Program-made: the position numbers and the translations under genes | Shown here: positions 19,891-28,916 of the stretch, piece after piece | Numbering within the stretch: the stretch's first letter is position 1 | Layout: the number at the start of each line of letters is the position of its first letter | The notes under the pieces: model-generated | Seen by the model: only the letters and a program-made list of their open reading frames with translations | Databases searched by the model: none | Told to the model about the DNA's origin: nothing | Sequence record: PZ386947.1 | Origin: a phage | Reading direction: 5' to 3' (one strand) | Length of the DNA: 64,000 nucleotides

Positions 19891-20205
19891 CTAAAAGAAA
19901 CTTCTTTCACAATTTTTTCCACTGAACCACGCACTCACTGCTTTCTTAGTCTCAGGAGCAGTGTTATCCATAAACCATTCAAAGGCAGCCTTTTTATGAT
20001 TCTGGAGGTCTTCTCGGGCTTTAATCTGCTCACGGTCTATTAACACTAACATATGAGCCTTTCTTGTCACCATGGGCTTCTTATGATTTTTTGAATACTC
20101 CCAGTCATTTGTCCATCGCATTGTCGTTGCGAATTGAAATACAGCTTCTTTAATTTTAGTTTCGTAAATTTCACGAGCCTTTGAGTATAACATCATTACC
20201 TCCAT
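19891..20205 (-). CDS. hypothetical protein (104 aa)
   Basis: ORF track. Confidence 0.5.
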   Translation of the reverse strand: MEVMMLYSKAREIYETKIKEAVFQFATTMRWTNDWEYSKNHKKPMVTRKAHMLVLIDREQIKAREDLQNHKKAAFEWFMDNTAPETKKAVSAWFSGKNCERSFF

Positions 20206-20294
20206 TTACCAGTTTAATTCTAGTCATCTTTTTGATGGCAGTCCATATAATCTATTTCTGAACTGCCTTTTTATCTTAGAAGGCCTCTTATGAA

Positions 20295-21281
20295 TTATTT
20301 CAGAAGAGTAACCTCAGCGATTTCTTCCCAACCGTTTTTGTCGGTCATAATAAAGTCAGCAAGATAAAGAGCAGTACGCAGTGAAACATTGCGTAAACGA
20401 TTAACATTGACTTTCATCCATGATAATGCTTTATAAGTTTCTTCATCAGAAAGACCGCGCTTTTGCATCATGTCAGTTGAAAGAATAACATCTTCAACCC
20501 TGACCATAATTTCTTCATTAGTGTGAACACCCAAATCTAAATAAACTGAGCGGGACACTAATGCTTGTAAATGTGGAGCAAGTTTAGTACCACGGTCTAA
20601 TTCGCGGTCAATATCAACGTTTGTGATAAAAACAATCGTTCCTTTAAATTCAAACTCACGCTCAATGCCTTTTTCTTCTAAGTAAGAAGATGCAGTGCTC
20701 CAGCAGACTTTACGGGTCTCTCCGGTGTCCAGAGCAGCTTTCAGAAGATTAAGAATGTCCATATCAGAGAAAACATCCACATCATCAATCAAAAGGACAG
20801 AATTCTCTTCACGATTATTCCAAAGCTGTTCATAAAGACCGATACCAGAGATTTTACCATTAATGCTTTTATACTCAATGTATCCAATATCATTTGCTTT
20901 ATTTAAAGCTTTATCTAAAGAATACGTTTTACCAATACCTGCTGCTCCCGAGATAATTAATGAACGAATGTTTCCGTTAATAATACCATTCGTCATCATT
21001 CCCATAACATTAAATCTTTTATTAATGCGGGTTTTCATATCTTCATACGATTCTTTAACTTCTTCAACTTTTACACCATCATATGAAATGTCTGATTTGT
21101 AAACCCAAACACCGCGACGTTTACCGTCAATTTCAACAAAAACTTTACCATCTCCTTGTGCATCTACCGGAGCATTATCTGGGAACCATTCGCCTAAGAG
21201 CTCAAAAGTTCCAGAGATTTCTTTACCGAAGTAGATACCCTTATTGATAGTTACAGTTTTCATTTTGTTCTCCAATTTCAC
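20295..21281 (-). CDS. P-loop ATPase (AAA-like)
   Basis: 328 aa; Walker A GAAGIGKTY, Walker B VLLIDDVD. Confidence 0.6.
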   Translation of the reverse strand: MKLENKMKTVTINKGIYFGKEISGTFELLGEWFPDNAPVDAQGDGKVFVEIDGKRRGVWVYKSDISYDGVKVEEVKESYEDMKTRINKRFNVMGMMTNGIINGNIRSLIISGAAGIGKTYSLDKALNKANDIGYIEYKSINGKISGIGLYEQLWNNREENSVLLIDDVDVFSDMDILNLLKAALDTGETRKVCWSTASSYLEEKGIEREFEFKGTIVFITNVDIDRELDRGTKLAPHLQALVSRSVYLDLGVHTNEEIMVRVEDVILSTDMMQKRGLSDEETYKALSWMKVNVNRLRNVSLRTALYLADFIMTDKNGWEEIAEVTLLK

Positions 21282-21332
21282 ATTTGTTTTGATAGGGTAA
21301 TAATATCACACTACTACCCTGCTGTAAACAAT

Positions 21333-21596
21333 TTATTTTAATGTTTGCCAAATTTTTACTGCTTCACGACGAGATACTTCTACAGCTCCAAGTTCTACAG
21401 CTTTTTGGCGTCGCCGAGCGTGTAAGTCATAATGTTTAATGCGTTTATCTTGAAACCAAGAACGTTTCATTCCTATTGCTTCTGCCATTTCATGAAGCTC
21501 TTCAATATCTCCATCAGTGAACATATGACAATTTTTAGTTGGATGACCGCGAAGTTTCCATCCATGATTCATTAAAACATCTACGTAAACTGTCAT
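21333..21596 (-). CDS. hypothetical protein (87 aa)
   Basis: ORF track. Confidence 0.5.
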   Translation of the reverse strand: MTVYVDVLMNHGWKLRGHPTKNCHMFTDGDIEELHEMAEAIGMKRSWFQDKRIKHYDLHARRRQKAVELGAVEVSRREAVKIWQTLK

Positions 21597-21742
21597 TGAT
21601 TCTTCTCCAAATAAGTTTCGATAATTTTCTGAGCGAGATAAACTGCATTATCTTCAGTTGCATCTTCTAAGAAACTTTCAAAACACTCTGAAATTTCTTC
21701 TGTGTCAATCAACTTTTTTACTTCAATTGGTGTAATTTTCAT
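21593..21742 (-). CDS. hypothetical small protein (49 aa)
   Basis: ORF track 21593-21811 trimmed to MKITPIEV...; upstream part is a translated promoter. Confidence 0.4.
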   Translation of the reverse strand: MKITPIEVKKLIDTEEISECFESFLEDATEDNAVYLAQKIIETYLEKNQ

Positions 21743-21777
21743 TTTGTTTTTCCGTTTAAGTGTTTGTTTTGATAGTT

Positions 21778-21810
21778 GTATAGTACCATAAAGCTTTATG
21801 CTTGTAAACA
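21778..21810 (-). promoter_or_regulatory. T4-type early promoter (GTTTAC, 18 nt spacer, TGgTACTAT)
   Basis: minus strand GTTTACaagcataaagctttatggTACTATacaactatc. Confidence 0.6.
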
Positions 21811-21831
21811 ATTTTGTGAAAAATTTTTGAA

Positions 21832-21857
21832 ATAAAAAAGGGAGCCCGAAGGCTCCC
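21832..21857 (-). terminator. intrinsic terminator (GGGAGCC-UUCG-GGCUCCC then U-run)
   Basis: plus sequence aaaaaagggagcccgaaggctccc; directly after the nucleotidyltransferase ORF. Confidence 0.6.
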
Positions 21858-21859
21858 TA

Positions 21860-22870
21860 TCATTTATAATAACTTCGGTGGTTTTCAAGATAAACCCTCT
21901 CAAGGAAGTCATCCCAAAAACCCATGTCTACTTTTTGCTGCATACCGTTCTTAGAAGCTTCAGTAGATGCTGCTTCTACTTGATCGACCACATCTTCCAA
22001 AAACTCTTGAACCGTTTTAAATGGATGTTTACCCAACTTCACGTCGAGAATAAATGGAGCATCTTGGAGTGGATAAACCAAGTCACCAGTTTTGTAAATT
22101 TCCAATAGTTGGAGTCCACCACGGCAAGCATGACTCATAGCTTTCCAGTCAATACCTTCATTGGCTTCGGCCTTACGAGCACGTTCACCGTATTCAGCAT
22201 CTAATTTGTTCAGTGACTGCTTAAGCTCAATAAGAGAAAGCGTTGTCTGATATTTACGACCCAACACTGTGTAAAACGTCTGTGGGCCTGTTTTCTCATG
22301 ATTATGGAACACCCATTCACAGAATTCGTTTTCTGGAAGACGATGCTTAATATCTTCAACTTTAGTACGACGCTGCTTAATGGAACCGTCTTCTTGGTAA
22401 TCAACCCATTGCTCAGGGATTTGATTAACTACTTTCAATACATCGCGTAATGCAGCCAAACGAGAACCCTTAACGCCGTATTTAGAAGCTTGCTTACGGA
22501 CATATCCTAAATAGGATTTCATGTTAGTCGTATAAAAACGAGAACGGTTGTCTTGAATAAACTTCCACACATCAGGCAAATCAGATTTAACCACTAACTC
22601 AGGTGGAGTGTGAAGCATATCTAACGCTACAGTTTCACCATCTGCTGCTAATTTAAAGAAATATTTAAGACTATACAATTCGTGGTCAATATCATCTTTA
22701 GTGTTTTTAGATGATGTGTTGTTAGTGTTTTTACTCATATGCTCTTTAACATTTCCGATAAGAATATCGCGAGCAGGAGGAACAAAAATTTCTTTAAAAT
22801 CTACATCAGATTCTGGAGTAGAAGTTCCATAAAGATGACTACCAAAATAAGACTTAACTACAGTTTTCAT
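21860..22870 (-). CDS. predicted nucleotidyltransferase (Pol-beta superfamily-like)
   Basis: N-terminal motif YFGSHLYGTSTPESDVDFKEIF (GS...SDxD); trimmed to ATG MKTVVKSY preceded by AAAGG. Confidence 0.55.
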   Translation of the reverse strand: MKTVVKSYFGSHLYGTSTPESDVDFKEIFVPPARDILIGNVKEHMSKNTNNTSSKNTKDDIDHELYSLKYFFKLAADGETVALDMLHTPPELVVKSDLPDVWKFIQDNRSRFYTTNMKSYLGYVRKQASKYGVKGSRLAALRDVLKVVNQIPEQWVDYQEDGSIKQRRTKVEDIKHRLPENEFCEWVFHNHEKTGPQTFYTVLGRKYQTTLSLIELKQSLNKLDAEYGERARKAEANEGIDWKAMSHACRGGLQLLEIYKTGDLVYPLQDAPFILDVKLGKHPFKTVQEFLEDVVDQVEAASTEASKNGMQQKVDMGFWDDFLERVYLENHRSYYK

Positions 22871-23633
22871 TATTAGACCTTTCATAATCTTCATTAAATT
22901 GTACAATCAATCGATGATAATTAGATTTTGGATATCCTAATTTACTTATATAAGTTCCGAATGACCCACGTTTAGGTCTATTTAATTTAATCCATAACTT
23001 ATAAAGTAAGTCATAGTCTTGCCAATGTTTACCAGTTCTTTGTCTAATTTTAGATGAATTTGATTGTTTCTTTTTAGTTTCAAAATTATTCAAAGATTTT
23101 TTGACTGCAGCAGAGTGTTTTTCTTTAACTCCCGGTCGTTTAAAAGCAGCTTTCACCCCTTTAGATATTTTTTCTTTAACTTCCGGTTTGTTTTGTGCTT
23201 CTAACTGGGATTCTGAAATTTTAGCCCTTATTTCAGGAAGACTTAATGTTATCGAACGTTTTTCTCTGTATTCATTAGACTTCCACATTTCTTTCATTGT
23301 ATTAGAATGTATTTTTGAAAATTTTTCTCTAACTAACTGATATCCTCTTGAAGTTAATTTGAGATTTCTTCCTAAAGAATCTTCTCCAAAATTATAAAAT
23401 GACCACCATGCATAAATTAATCCAGGCGAATTATAATGAATTTTAGCTAAAAGCCAATGGGCTATAAAATGCTCTCTAGCTGTTAATAAAACTAGATTAT
23501 CAGAATCATCATTACCACCAATACAAGATGGAATAATATGATGCTTTTCCGTATAAAAATTTAATTTAGATTTATCTAATTTTCTGAGTTTTCCTTTCTT
23601 AATTAAATTATTATATACTTTAGTATAATTCAT
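22854..23633 (-). CDS. HNH-family homing endonuclease (Mob-like)
   Basis: 259 aa; motif KHHIIPSCIGGNDDSDNLVLLTAREHFIAHWLLAK; C-terminal module shared with ORF 2124-2978. Confidence 0.75.
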   Translation of the reverse strand: MNYTKVYNNLIKKGKLRKLDKSKLNFYTEKHHIIPSCIGGNDDSDNLVLLTAREHFIAHWLLAKIHYNSPGLIYAWWSFYNFGEDSLGRNLKLTSRGYQLVREKFSKIHSNTMKEMWKSNEYREKRSITLSLPEIRAKISESQLEAQNKPEVKEKISKGVKAAFKRPGVKEKHSAAVKKSLNNFETKKKQSNSSKIRQRTGKHWQDYDLLYKLWIKLNRPKRGSFGTYISKLGYPKSNYHRLIVQFNEDYERSNNENCS

Positions 23634-23707
23634 TGGTTTTTCGTCTCATTTAATTTTGCTTTGCATTTATAACACATGTCTGTTCCACTTGAAATAAACA
23701 TATTTCC

Positions 23708-24265
23708 TCACTTTGAAATCATAGTTGGAATGACAGAATCAAGATAAGTCTTTAGTGCAATAGCTTCGTCTTTGGTAAATGTGACAATATGTGCTCGAAA
23801 ATCATCAATTTGACGAATAGTTAAGACATCTCCATCTTCATAACATTTTGATACGTTTAAAACAGTTTCATCATTCTGATTGCAAGCGTTAGTAATAATA
23901 GCATTGCAATTTTTAAACCATTTTAAACTATGTTTTCTTTCATTAGAATAATAAAAATATTTAATCTTATCTATAAAACTATCCCAATGGATAACTGATA
24001 AACACATTGACTCACTTTTAATATTAAATCCTGGGCATGAAGAATAAAAATGAATTTTGTGCTCATCATTGATGCTTACTATTTTATCAGTATAAGGATA
24101 TTCAATTTGGGTTAAATGAATGATTTCACTAGGCGTAAAATATAGCATATCGTCTTCTTGTGTCAAACGATACATATTATTTACTTTTTCTATAGCTAAT
24201 TCACCAAAAAGCGGACTAACTTCTAATACTAATCGTTTCATATTGATTCTCTTCGACTCACTCAC
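23708..24265 (-). CDS. hypothetical protein (185 aa)
   Basis: ORF track; GTG start, alternative ATG at 24241. Confidence 0.5.
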   Translation of the reverse strand: MSESKRINMKRLVLEVSPLFGELAIEKVNNMYRLTQEDDMLYFTPSEIIHLTQIEYPYTDKIVSINDEHKIHFYSSCPGFNIKSESMCLSVIHWDSFIDKIKYFYYSNERKHSLKWFKNCNAIITNACNQNDETVLNVSKCYEDGDVLTIRQIDDFRAHIVTFTKDEAIALKTYLDSVIPTMISK

Positions 24266-24267
24266 AA

Positions 24268-24372
24268 TTACATACTCCTTTGAATAATATCAATAATGTT
24301 GTTCACCAGATTATAAGTAAACATTGGATAATTATATTGAATCATCACATACACAACAAACAAAACTTTCAT
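24268..24372 (-). CDS. hypothetical micro-protein (34 aa, hydrophobic)
   Basis: hand-translated; AAGGAGA Shine-Dalgarno 6 nt upstream of ATG; MKVLFVVYVMIQYNYPMF... Confidence 0.3.
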   Translation of the reverse strand: MKVLFVVYVMIQYNYPMFTYNLVNNIIDIIQRSM

Positions 24373-24399
24373 TCTCTTCTCCTTGGAAGTTGACAAGAT

Positions 24400-24431
24400 T
24401 ACTATACCATAACCTTGCCAACTTGTAAACC
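24400..24431 (-). promoter_or_regulatory. T4-type early promoter (GTTTAC, 18 nt spacer, TATAGT)
   Basis: minus strand GTTTACaagttggcaaggttatggTATAGTaat. Confidence 0.5.
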
Positions 24432-24432
24432 A

Positions 24433-24606
24433 TTAAATGGCGTTTTCAATAAAATTCTGAAGCTTTGTGTGAGCATCAACCATGATTTTCATTTCTTCTT
24501 TGGCGAAAGCTGTACCTCTTTCCCGAGAAGAACATTCATAGTCAGAAACTGCATTAGCATATTCTTCAATTAGTTTCATTAAAAACATCTGCTTTTCAGT
24601 TTTCAT
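24433..24606 (-). CDS. hypothetical small protein (57 aa)
   Basis: hand-translated ORF MKTEKQMFLMKLIEEYANAVSDYE...; below ORF-track cutoff. Confidence 0.3.
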   Translation of the reverse strand: MKTEKQMFLMKLIEEYANAVSDYECSSRERGTAFAKEEMKIMVDAHTKLQNFIENAI

Positions 24607-24790
24607 TATTCCACCTAATCATTTCAAGATATTGAACTAACTTAGCTTTAGATTTATCCAAATCCTTTTTAGCTGCTTCTATACCATCGTATGAATATCC
24701 TTCACAATGCTCAACTGCTAATTGATATGAATCTATTTCAATATCACGTGCTAATTTAATGATTTTTTCAAACTGTTCGCGTGTTAGCAT
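24596..24790 (-). CDS. hypothetical protein (64 aa)
   Basis: ORF track. Confidence 0.45.
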   Translation of the reverse strand: MLTREQFEKIIKLARDIEIDSYQLAVEHCEGYSYDGIEAAKKDLDKSKAKLVQYLEMIRWNNEN

Positions 24791-24792
24791 AC

Positions 24793-24996
24793 TTACACTC
24801 TCGTATTATGATCGATAATTTCATCAAGAAACATATCTAACGCTTCTATAGCATTATCCACTTTAGTTTCAAAGTCTTTAATGCCTTTATTCGAAATACC
24901 CGATGAATACCAAGCAAAGTCAATCAGCTCTTCATCTGCTTTACGAATTGAAGCCACTAATTCCTTGATTTTATCTGCTTGCTCTATACTAATCAT
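24793..24996 (-). CDS. hypothetical protein
   Basis: ORF track 24793-25032 trimmed to [13 protein letters not shown]... Confidence 0.45.
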   Translation of the reverse strand: MISIEQADKIKELVASIRKADEELIDFAWYSSGISNKGIKDFETKVDNAIEALDMFLDEIIDHNTRV

Positions 24997-25184
24997 TATT
25001 CCACCACATATGACAGAGAGAATATTGCACACGCCATGTGAGTTGCAACTTCATCACACATATCATAACGTTTCTTAAGAAGTTCTACAAGTTCTTCACT
25101 AGTGACTTCATCCATGTCGACGAAAAAATCACCATTAATGATGACATAGATATTTCCTTCTTGATTAAGTGCTTCAATTTTCAT
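24996..25184 (-). CDS. hypothetical acidic small protein
   Basis: ORF track 24996-25229 trimmed to MKIEALNQ...; upstream part is a translated promoter. Confidence 0.45.
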   Translation of the reverse strand: MKIEALNQEGNIYVIINGDFFVDMDEVTSEELVELLKKRYDMCDEVATHMACAIFSLSYVVE

Positions 25185-25209
25185 GATGTTCTCCTCTTTA
25201 TCCGATGGT

Positions 25210-25243
25210 TGTATAGTACCACAGCTCAAACGGAAAGTAAACC
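25210..25243 (-). promoter_or_regulatory. T4-type early promoter (GTTTAC, 18 nt spacer, TGgTACTAT)
   Basis: minus strand GTTTACtttccgtttgagctgtggTACTATacaacc. Confidence 0.6.
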
Positions 25244-25252
25244 GGTAAAATG

Positions 25253-25274
25253 AAAAAAGTCTCCCGAAGGAGAC
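25253..25274 (-). terminator. intrinsic terminator (GUCUCC-UUCG-GGAGAC then U-run)
   Basis: plus sequence aaaaaagtctcccgaaggagac; directly after ORF 25280-25666. Confidence 0.6.
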
Positions 25275-25279
25275 TAATG

Positions 25280-25666
25280 TTATTCGAGGGAAAGAAGATA
25301 CTTACTCTGGTAAAACATTCCAGTAATATCATCTATCGTGCTTTGGATGGCTGGAGGCATTTCTTTATAAATGCTGTTAGATTGGTCTAGTATGTGATCA
25401 ATCATTCTAATTGTGTCGGTAGGAAGTTTACTAGCATCTGGAATTGAAGGTGTGTATTTTCTACCAGAATACCCCAAATATTGCTCACCAAATTTATCAA
25501 TCAAATCTGGCAACTCGGAGAAAATAAAATCGTATGCTTTGTGTCTAGCATAACTTTTAGTTTCAAAATGTGCAGAATGAAAATAAGCTTGTGCAGCCAT
25601 TAATAAACCTAAGTATTCATCTGCCTTTGAAGGTTTTCCACTTTGTGAAAAGTCGCTGAATTTCAT
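25280..25666 (-). CDS. hypothetical protein (128 aa), rI-adjacent
   Basis: ORF track; downstream neighbour of rI. Confidence 0.5.
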   Translation of the reverse strand: MKFSDFSQSGKPSKADEYLGLLMAAQAYFHSAHFETKSYARHKAYDFIFSELPDLIDKFGEQYLGYSGRKYTPSIPDASKLPTDTIRMIDHILDQSNSIYKEMPPAIQSTIDDITGMFYQSKYLLSLE

Positions 25667-25956
25667 TCAGTCTCCAATTTAATGTTCATAATTCTAGCGT
25701 ATGATTGTGCCATCTCCGCGCCTCGCTCTATACATTCAAAATCGGAAGAGCACGGGTCATTTTTATAAGTCGTTCGCATAAAACTATAGAACTGTTCAGA
25801 TGATTCTACGCTTTTGTTTTCAAAAAGCATATAAACGTGTCTAATACCAGATTCCATAAATTTATCAAAATGAGGATCGACATTCGCTTCAATTGGTGGA
25901 GATAAAGCAAACGCTAATCCTAGCATGGCAAATAGTGCCGTTGCTTTTAAGGCCAT
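25663..25956 (-). CDS. rI: lysis inhibition regulator RI
   Basis: 97 aa; N-terminal signal/anchor MALKATALFAMLGLAFALSPPIEA; matches recalled T4 RI sequence and length. Confidence 0.85.
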   Translation of the reverse strand: MALKATALFAMLGLAFALSPPIEANVDPHFDKFMESGIRHVYMLFENKSVESSEQFYSFMRTTYKNDPCSSDFECIERGAEMAQSYARIMNIKLETE

Positions 25957-25968
25957 AAAGGCCTCCTA

Positions 25969-26181
25969 TCATTTTTGTCCTGTATTTACTTTATGCCGAT
26001 GCACGGCCTTAACTTTATCAAGGTATTTTTCAAAATTTCGCAATCTAGTATAGTCTGCCGGAGATTGGTTGAGTGATACTTCTCGACGCAAAGCTGAAAT
26101 GATATTTCCAACTTCCCTACGAATTTCATCTAATTGAAGAACAGTAAGATTGCGAAGTTGCTTTTCAGTTAATTGTAGCAT
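25969..26181 (-). CDS. hypothetical protein (70 aa)
   Basis: ORF track. Confidence 0.5.
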
Positions 26182-26223
26182 ATATACCCCTTTAGTTAGA
26201 TAAACCTATTTATAACTTTTGCA

Positions 26224-26805
26224 CTAACCGAGCTTTTTAGTTAATTCATTCCAATGTTTTCTACACAAAGAAACATAAATTTCATCACCAATACAGATTT
26301 GATTACCTTCTTTAACTGGTGTTCCATCTTCCATTAATCGAGCTGTCATAATAGCTTTTTTACCACAATGACAAACTGCCTTTAGTTCAATAAGTTTATC
26401 TGCAATCGCCAAAAGTTCTTTAGAACCTTCAAATAATTTTCCAGCGAAATCAGTCCTTAGCCCATAAGCCATAACAGGAACATTATATGTATCAACAATT
26501 CGACTTAATTGATGCACCTGTTTAGTTTTTAAAAACTGAGCTTCATCTACAAATACACAATGAATATCTTTTTGTGCTTCAGCCCATTTATAGAACTCAA
26601 AAATATCCATATCATCCGTAATAATATTCGCTTCCTGCTTAATTCCAATGCGAGAAACGACTTCACAGACAGAATCACGAGTATCAATAGCAGGCTTAAG
26701 AACTAATACACCCATTCCGCGTTCTTTATAATTATGTGCAGCAGTCAAAAGAGAAGCAGATTTTCCAGCATTCATTGCTGCGTAAGTAAAAATTAAACTC
26801 GCCAT
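26224..26805 (-). CDS. tk: thymidine kinase
   Basis: 193 aa; P-loop AMNAGKSA; C-terminal zinc ribbon CHCGKKA...C; length matches T4 Tk. Confidence 0.9.
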   Translation of the reverse strand: MASLIFTYAAMNAGKSASLLTAAHNYKERGMGVLVLKPAIDTRDSVCEVVSRIGIKQEANIITDDMDIFEFYKWAEAQKDIHCVFVDEAQFLKTKQVHQLSRIVDTYNVPVMAYGLRTDFAGKLFEGSKELLAIADKLIELKAVCHCGKKAIMTARLMEDGTPVKEGNQICIGDEIYVSLCRKHWNELTKKLG

Positions 26806-26814
26806 ATCACCTTC

Positions 26815-27000
26815 TTAAAGCGTATTCACATAAGCTATTAATTCGTTTTCTTTCTTATCAAACCGATCAGCAAATTCTTCTTGCTGATCGGGAGATAGCG
26901 GGCCGTATTCATCATAAAAGGTGTTTGCTTCTGTATGCTCATCTAGAAGTTCATGGATAAGCTCAAACAATTTATCTTTTTGTTCTTTACTCAGACTCAT
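26815..27000 (-). CDS. hypothetical acidic small protein (61 aa)
   Basis: ORF track. Confidence 0.5.
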   Translation of the reverse strand: MSLSKEQKDKLFELIHELLDEHTEANTFYDEYGPLSPDQQEEFADRFDKKENELIAYVNTL

Positions 27001-27170
27001 ATATTAATTTCCAGGAGTTTTAAAATAATTCGCTTTTGCTTAAATATTTCCATAGTTAAATGACCAGTATCTTTTTGACCGATTCCAATGGCAAAACCTT
27101 TATTGACAGCGAGTTCAATTAAATTATCAAGCTCACGTAACACTTCATATTGTAACTCAAAACTATTCAT
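26997..27170 (-). CDS. hypothetical small protein (57 aa)
   Basis: hand-translated MNSFELQYEVLRELDNLIELAVNKGF...; ATGA overlap with next gene. Confidence 0.3.
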   Translation of the reverse strand: MNSFELQYEVLRELDNLIELAVNKGFAIGIGQKDTGHLTMEIFKQKRIILKLLEINI

Positions 27171-27394
27171 TTCGGTTTACCTTCTTTAACGAAATCAGGA
27201 TAAGGATAAAATCCTGAATAAAATCCTTCACCTTTATGATTGATGCATCCTTTATTAGAACAATAGCACCAATAATCGAAATCACAAGCCATTTCATCAT
27301 TACATAAAGCAAAAACAACTGGCCATTCACACTTTTCGCAGTGGGCATTTTTAAGAATACTGGTTTGGCTCATAACCATGTAACCTTTAAACAA
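27167..27394 (-). CDS. cysteine-rich small protein (putative zinc-binding)
   Basis: 75 aa; 9 Cys, CEKCEW...CNDEMACDFDYWCYCSNKGC. Confidence 0.5.
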   Translation of the reverse strand: MFKGYMVMSQTSILKNAHCEKCEWPVVFALCNDEMACDFDYWCYCSNKGCINHKGEGFYSGFYPYPDFVKEGKPK

Positions 27395-27582
27395 TATTCT
27401 TCTACATGTTGTTTACGACCTTTCCTATCAATAAAGGTATATTCAACGAATGTTCCAATATAGTCTTTATCTACATCATGTGGACTATTAATTGGGCATT
27501 TAGTACGGCAAATGCGTTCCCATTGACGAATAATTTCCACTTTGTTTTTAGGATCAAACGGATGCGGGTAATGTACTTTCAT
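27370..27582 (-). CDS. hypothetical protein (70 aa)
   Basis: ORF track; contains CPINSPHD. Confidence 0.45.
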   Translation of the reverse strand: MKVHYPHPFDPKNKVEIIRQWERICRTKCPINSPHDVDKDYIGTFVEYTFIDRKGRKQHVEEYCLKVTWL

Positions 27583-28033
27583 AATCCACCACTATTAAAT
27601 CAATATCAGGAGTAAACATGTCGATTAATTTAGAAACCTTATCCCAATCGCCGCCAGCAATACCGCAACCTATGCGTGGAATGTAAATTACTGGTTTAAA
27701 CAAAAGGGTTTCTGCCTGTAGATTTAATTCTATCATGCAGTTTACTAAAGCACCATAATCAAGATTAGGACCCGGTTCGTATTGTGTATACAGGTTATAG
27801 CATATACCAAATCCCGTAGGACTATGTTTAAAAACAATAGACATATCGCCTAATTTATCACGAGAACCGTACTCGGTAGTGGTTTTATCTATTTCTAAAA
27901 TTTTGGGATAGGCTCTTGCTAATTGACCCGCTACGCCAGAGCCCATTGTGTGGAAGCAATTGCACCCGTGCGCAATAATATTACCTTGAAGAAATAGGGC
28001 GACAATATCGCCCTTGATATATTTTACAATCAT
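27554..28033 (-). CDS. macro-domain-like protein (ADP-ribose binding/processing fold)
   Basis: 159 aa; N-terminal GDI...GNIIAHGCNCFHTMGSGVAGQLARAYP and later CGIAGG resemble macro domain signatures. Confidence 0.5.
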   Translation of the reverse strand: MIVKYIKGDIVALFLQGNIIAHGCNCFHTMGSGVAGQLARAYPKILEIDKTTTEYGSRDKLGDMSIVFKHSPTGFGICYNLYTQYEPGPNLDYGALVNCMIELNLQAETLLFKPVIYIPRIGCGIAGGDWDKVSKLIDMFTPDIDLIVVDYESTLPASV

Positions 28034-28371
28034 CTAGTACTCAATCCTCGATTATAAGAATCTACTAAACGGTCAACCATTGAATGACAAGCGGCTTTAT
28101 CTTTCTCCTCCGCAACTGAACATTCTAAAGTATTCCACTTTTTAGCATATCGTTTTAACAATGTATCATTTTTATATCTGCTTGATTTATCTCTTTCTCC
28201 GTCTTTATATGCATATATTAATTTCTGCGCAAATTCAGCTTGGCATGCTTTATTTTTCCCACAATAATCCGCGGCAGTACGGTTTACATACTCTCTAATT
28301 TCAGTATATGATGTATCTGCTAACGCAGAAAATGAAATTAATCCTATACATAAAACCAAAATTTTAGTCAT
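28030..28371 (-). CDS. small secreted protein (signal peptide)
   Basis: 113 aa; N-terminal MTKILVLCIGLISFSALA; four Cys. Confidence 0.5.
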   Translation of the reverse strand: MTKILVLCIGLISFSALADTSYTEIREYVNRTAADYCGKNKACQAEFAQKLIYAYKDGERDKSSRYKNDTLLKRYAKKWNTLECSVAEEKDKAACHSMVDRLVDSYNRGLSTR

Positions 28372-28909
28372 TTACTATTTCCAAAAGTTTATTATTTTTA
28401 AGGTAATTAGCCTTTTCTAGGACTTCAGAAGCATATTTAGAACCAGCTTTAACATTCCATCCCGAATTATAAGAGGATATTGCTTTTCTTATATCGCCCT
28501 TATGTATATTTAACCAATAAGAAAGTTCAATGTACGCCCAGGAAGCTGAATTGGATCGTTTATTCAACATTCTTTTTATTTCAGCATCGGTCATATTATA
28601 ACCAAGTTCCTTAACTCTTGCTCGCATAGTAGGCAAATAATTTTGGAACATTCCATAAGCGTGATGCTTTGGTTTAGATTTTAAATTAACTCCGCCAGAG
28701 CTTTCTTGCCATAAAATAGCAGCCATTATATGACCTAATCCGCTCTTGTGGATATTTTTGTGTGTTTTATATTTTCCATCCTTAGAAAATTGTTCCCCGA
28801 ATTGATACGCGTAACGCATGTTATCGAGTTGGACATTACTGAAAGTATGCTCGGAGCTATGTGCCATCATTGAAATGGCCAATAGACCAGCGAGTAGTGC
28901 TTTTCTCAT
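28364..28909 (-). CDS. secreted lytic transglycosylase-like protein
   Basis: 181 aa; signal peptide MRKALLAGLLAISMMAHS; core AAILWQESSG...GMFQN resembles SLT-domain catalytic region. Confidence 0.5.
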   Translation of the reverse strand: MRKALLAGLLAISMMAHSSEHTFSNVQLDNMRYAYQFGEQFSKDGKYKTHKNIHKSGLGHIMAAILWQESSGGVNLKSKPKHHAYGMFQNYLPTMRARVKELGYNMTDAEIKRMLNKRSNSASWAYIELSYWLNIHKGDIRKAISSYNSGWNVKAGSKYASEVLEKANYLKNNKLLEIVND

Positions 28910-28916
28910 GCTTACC

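Noticed and set aside
19855-20043. N-terminal extensions containing GTIQLSTT on several track ORFs and the plus-strand ORF 19855-20043
   Set aside because: These are translations of the repeated early promoter/leader; the real starts are downstream ATGs preceded by Shine-Dalgarno sequences.
27163-27348. Minus-strand ORF of 61 aa
   Set aside because: Alternative frame of the cysteine-rich ORF 27167-27394, which is longer and has the more plausible composition.
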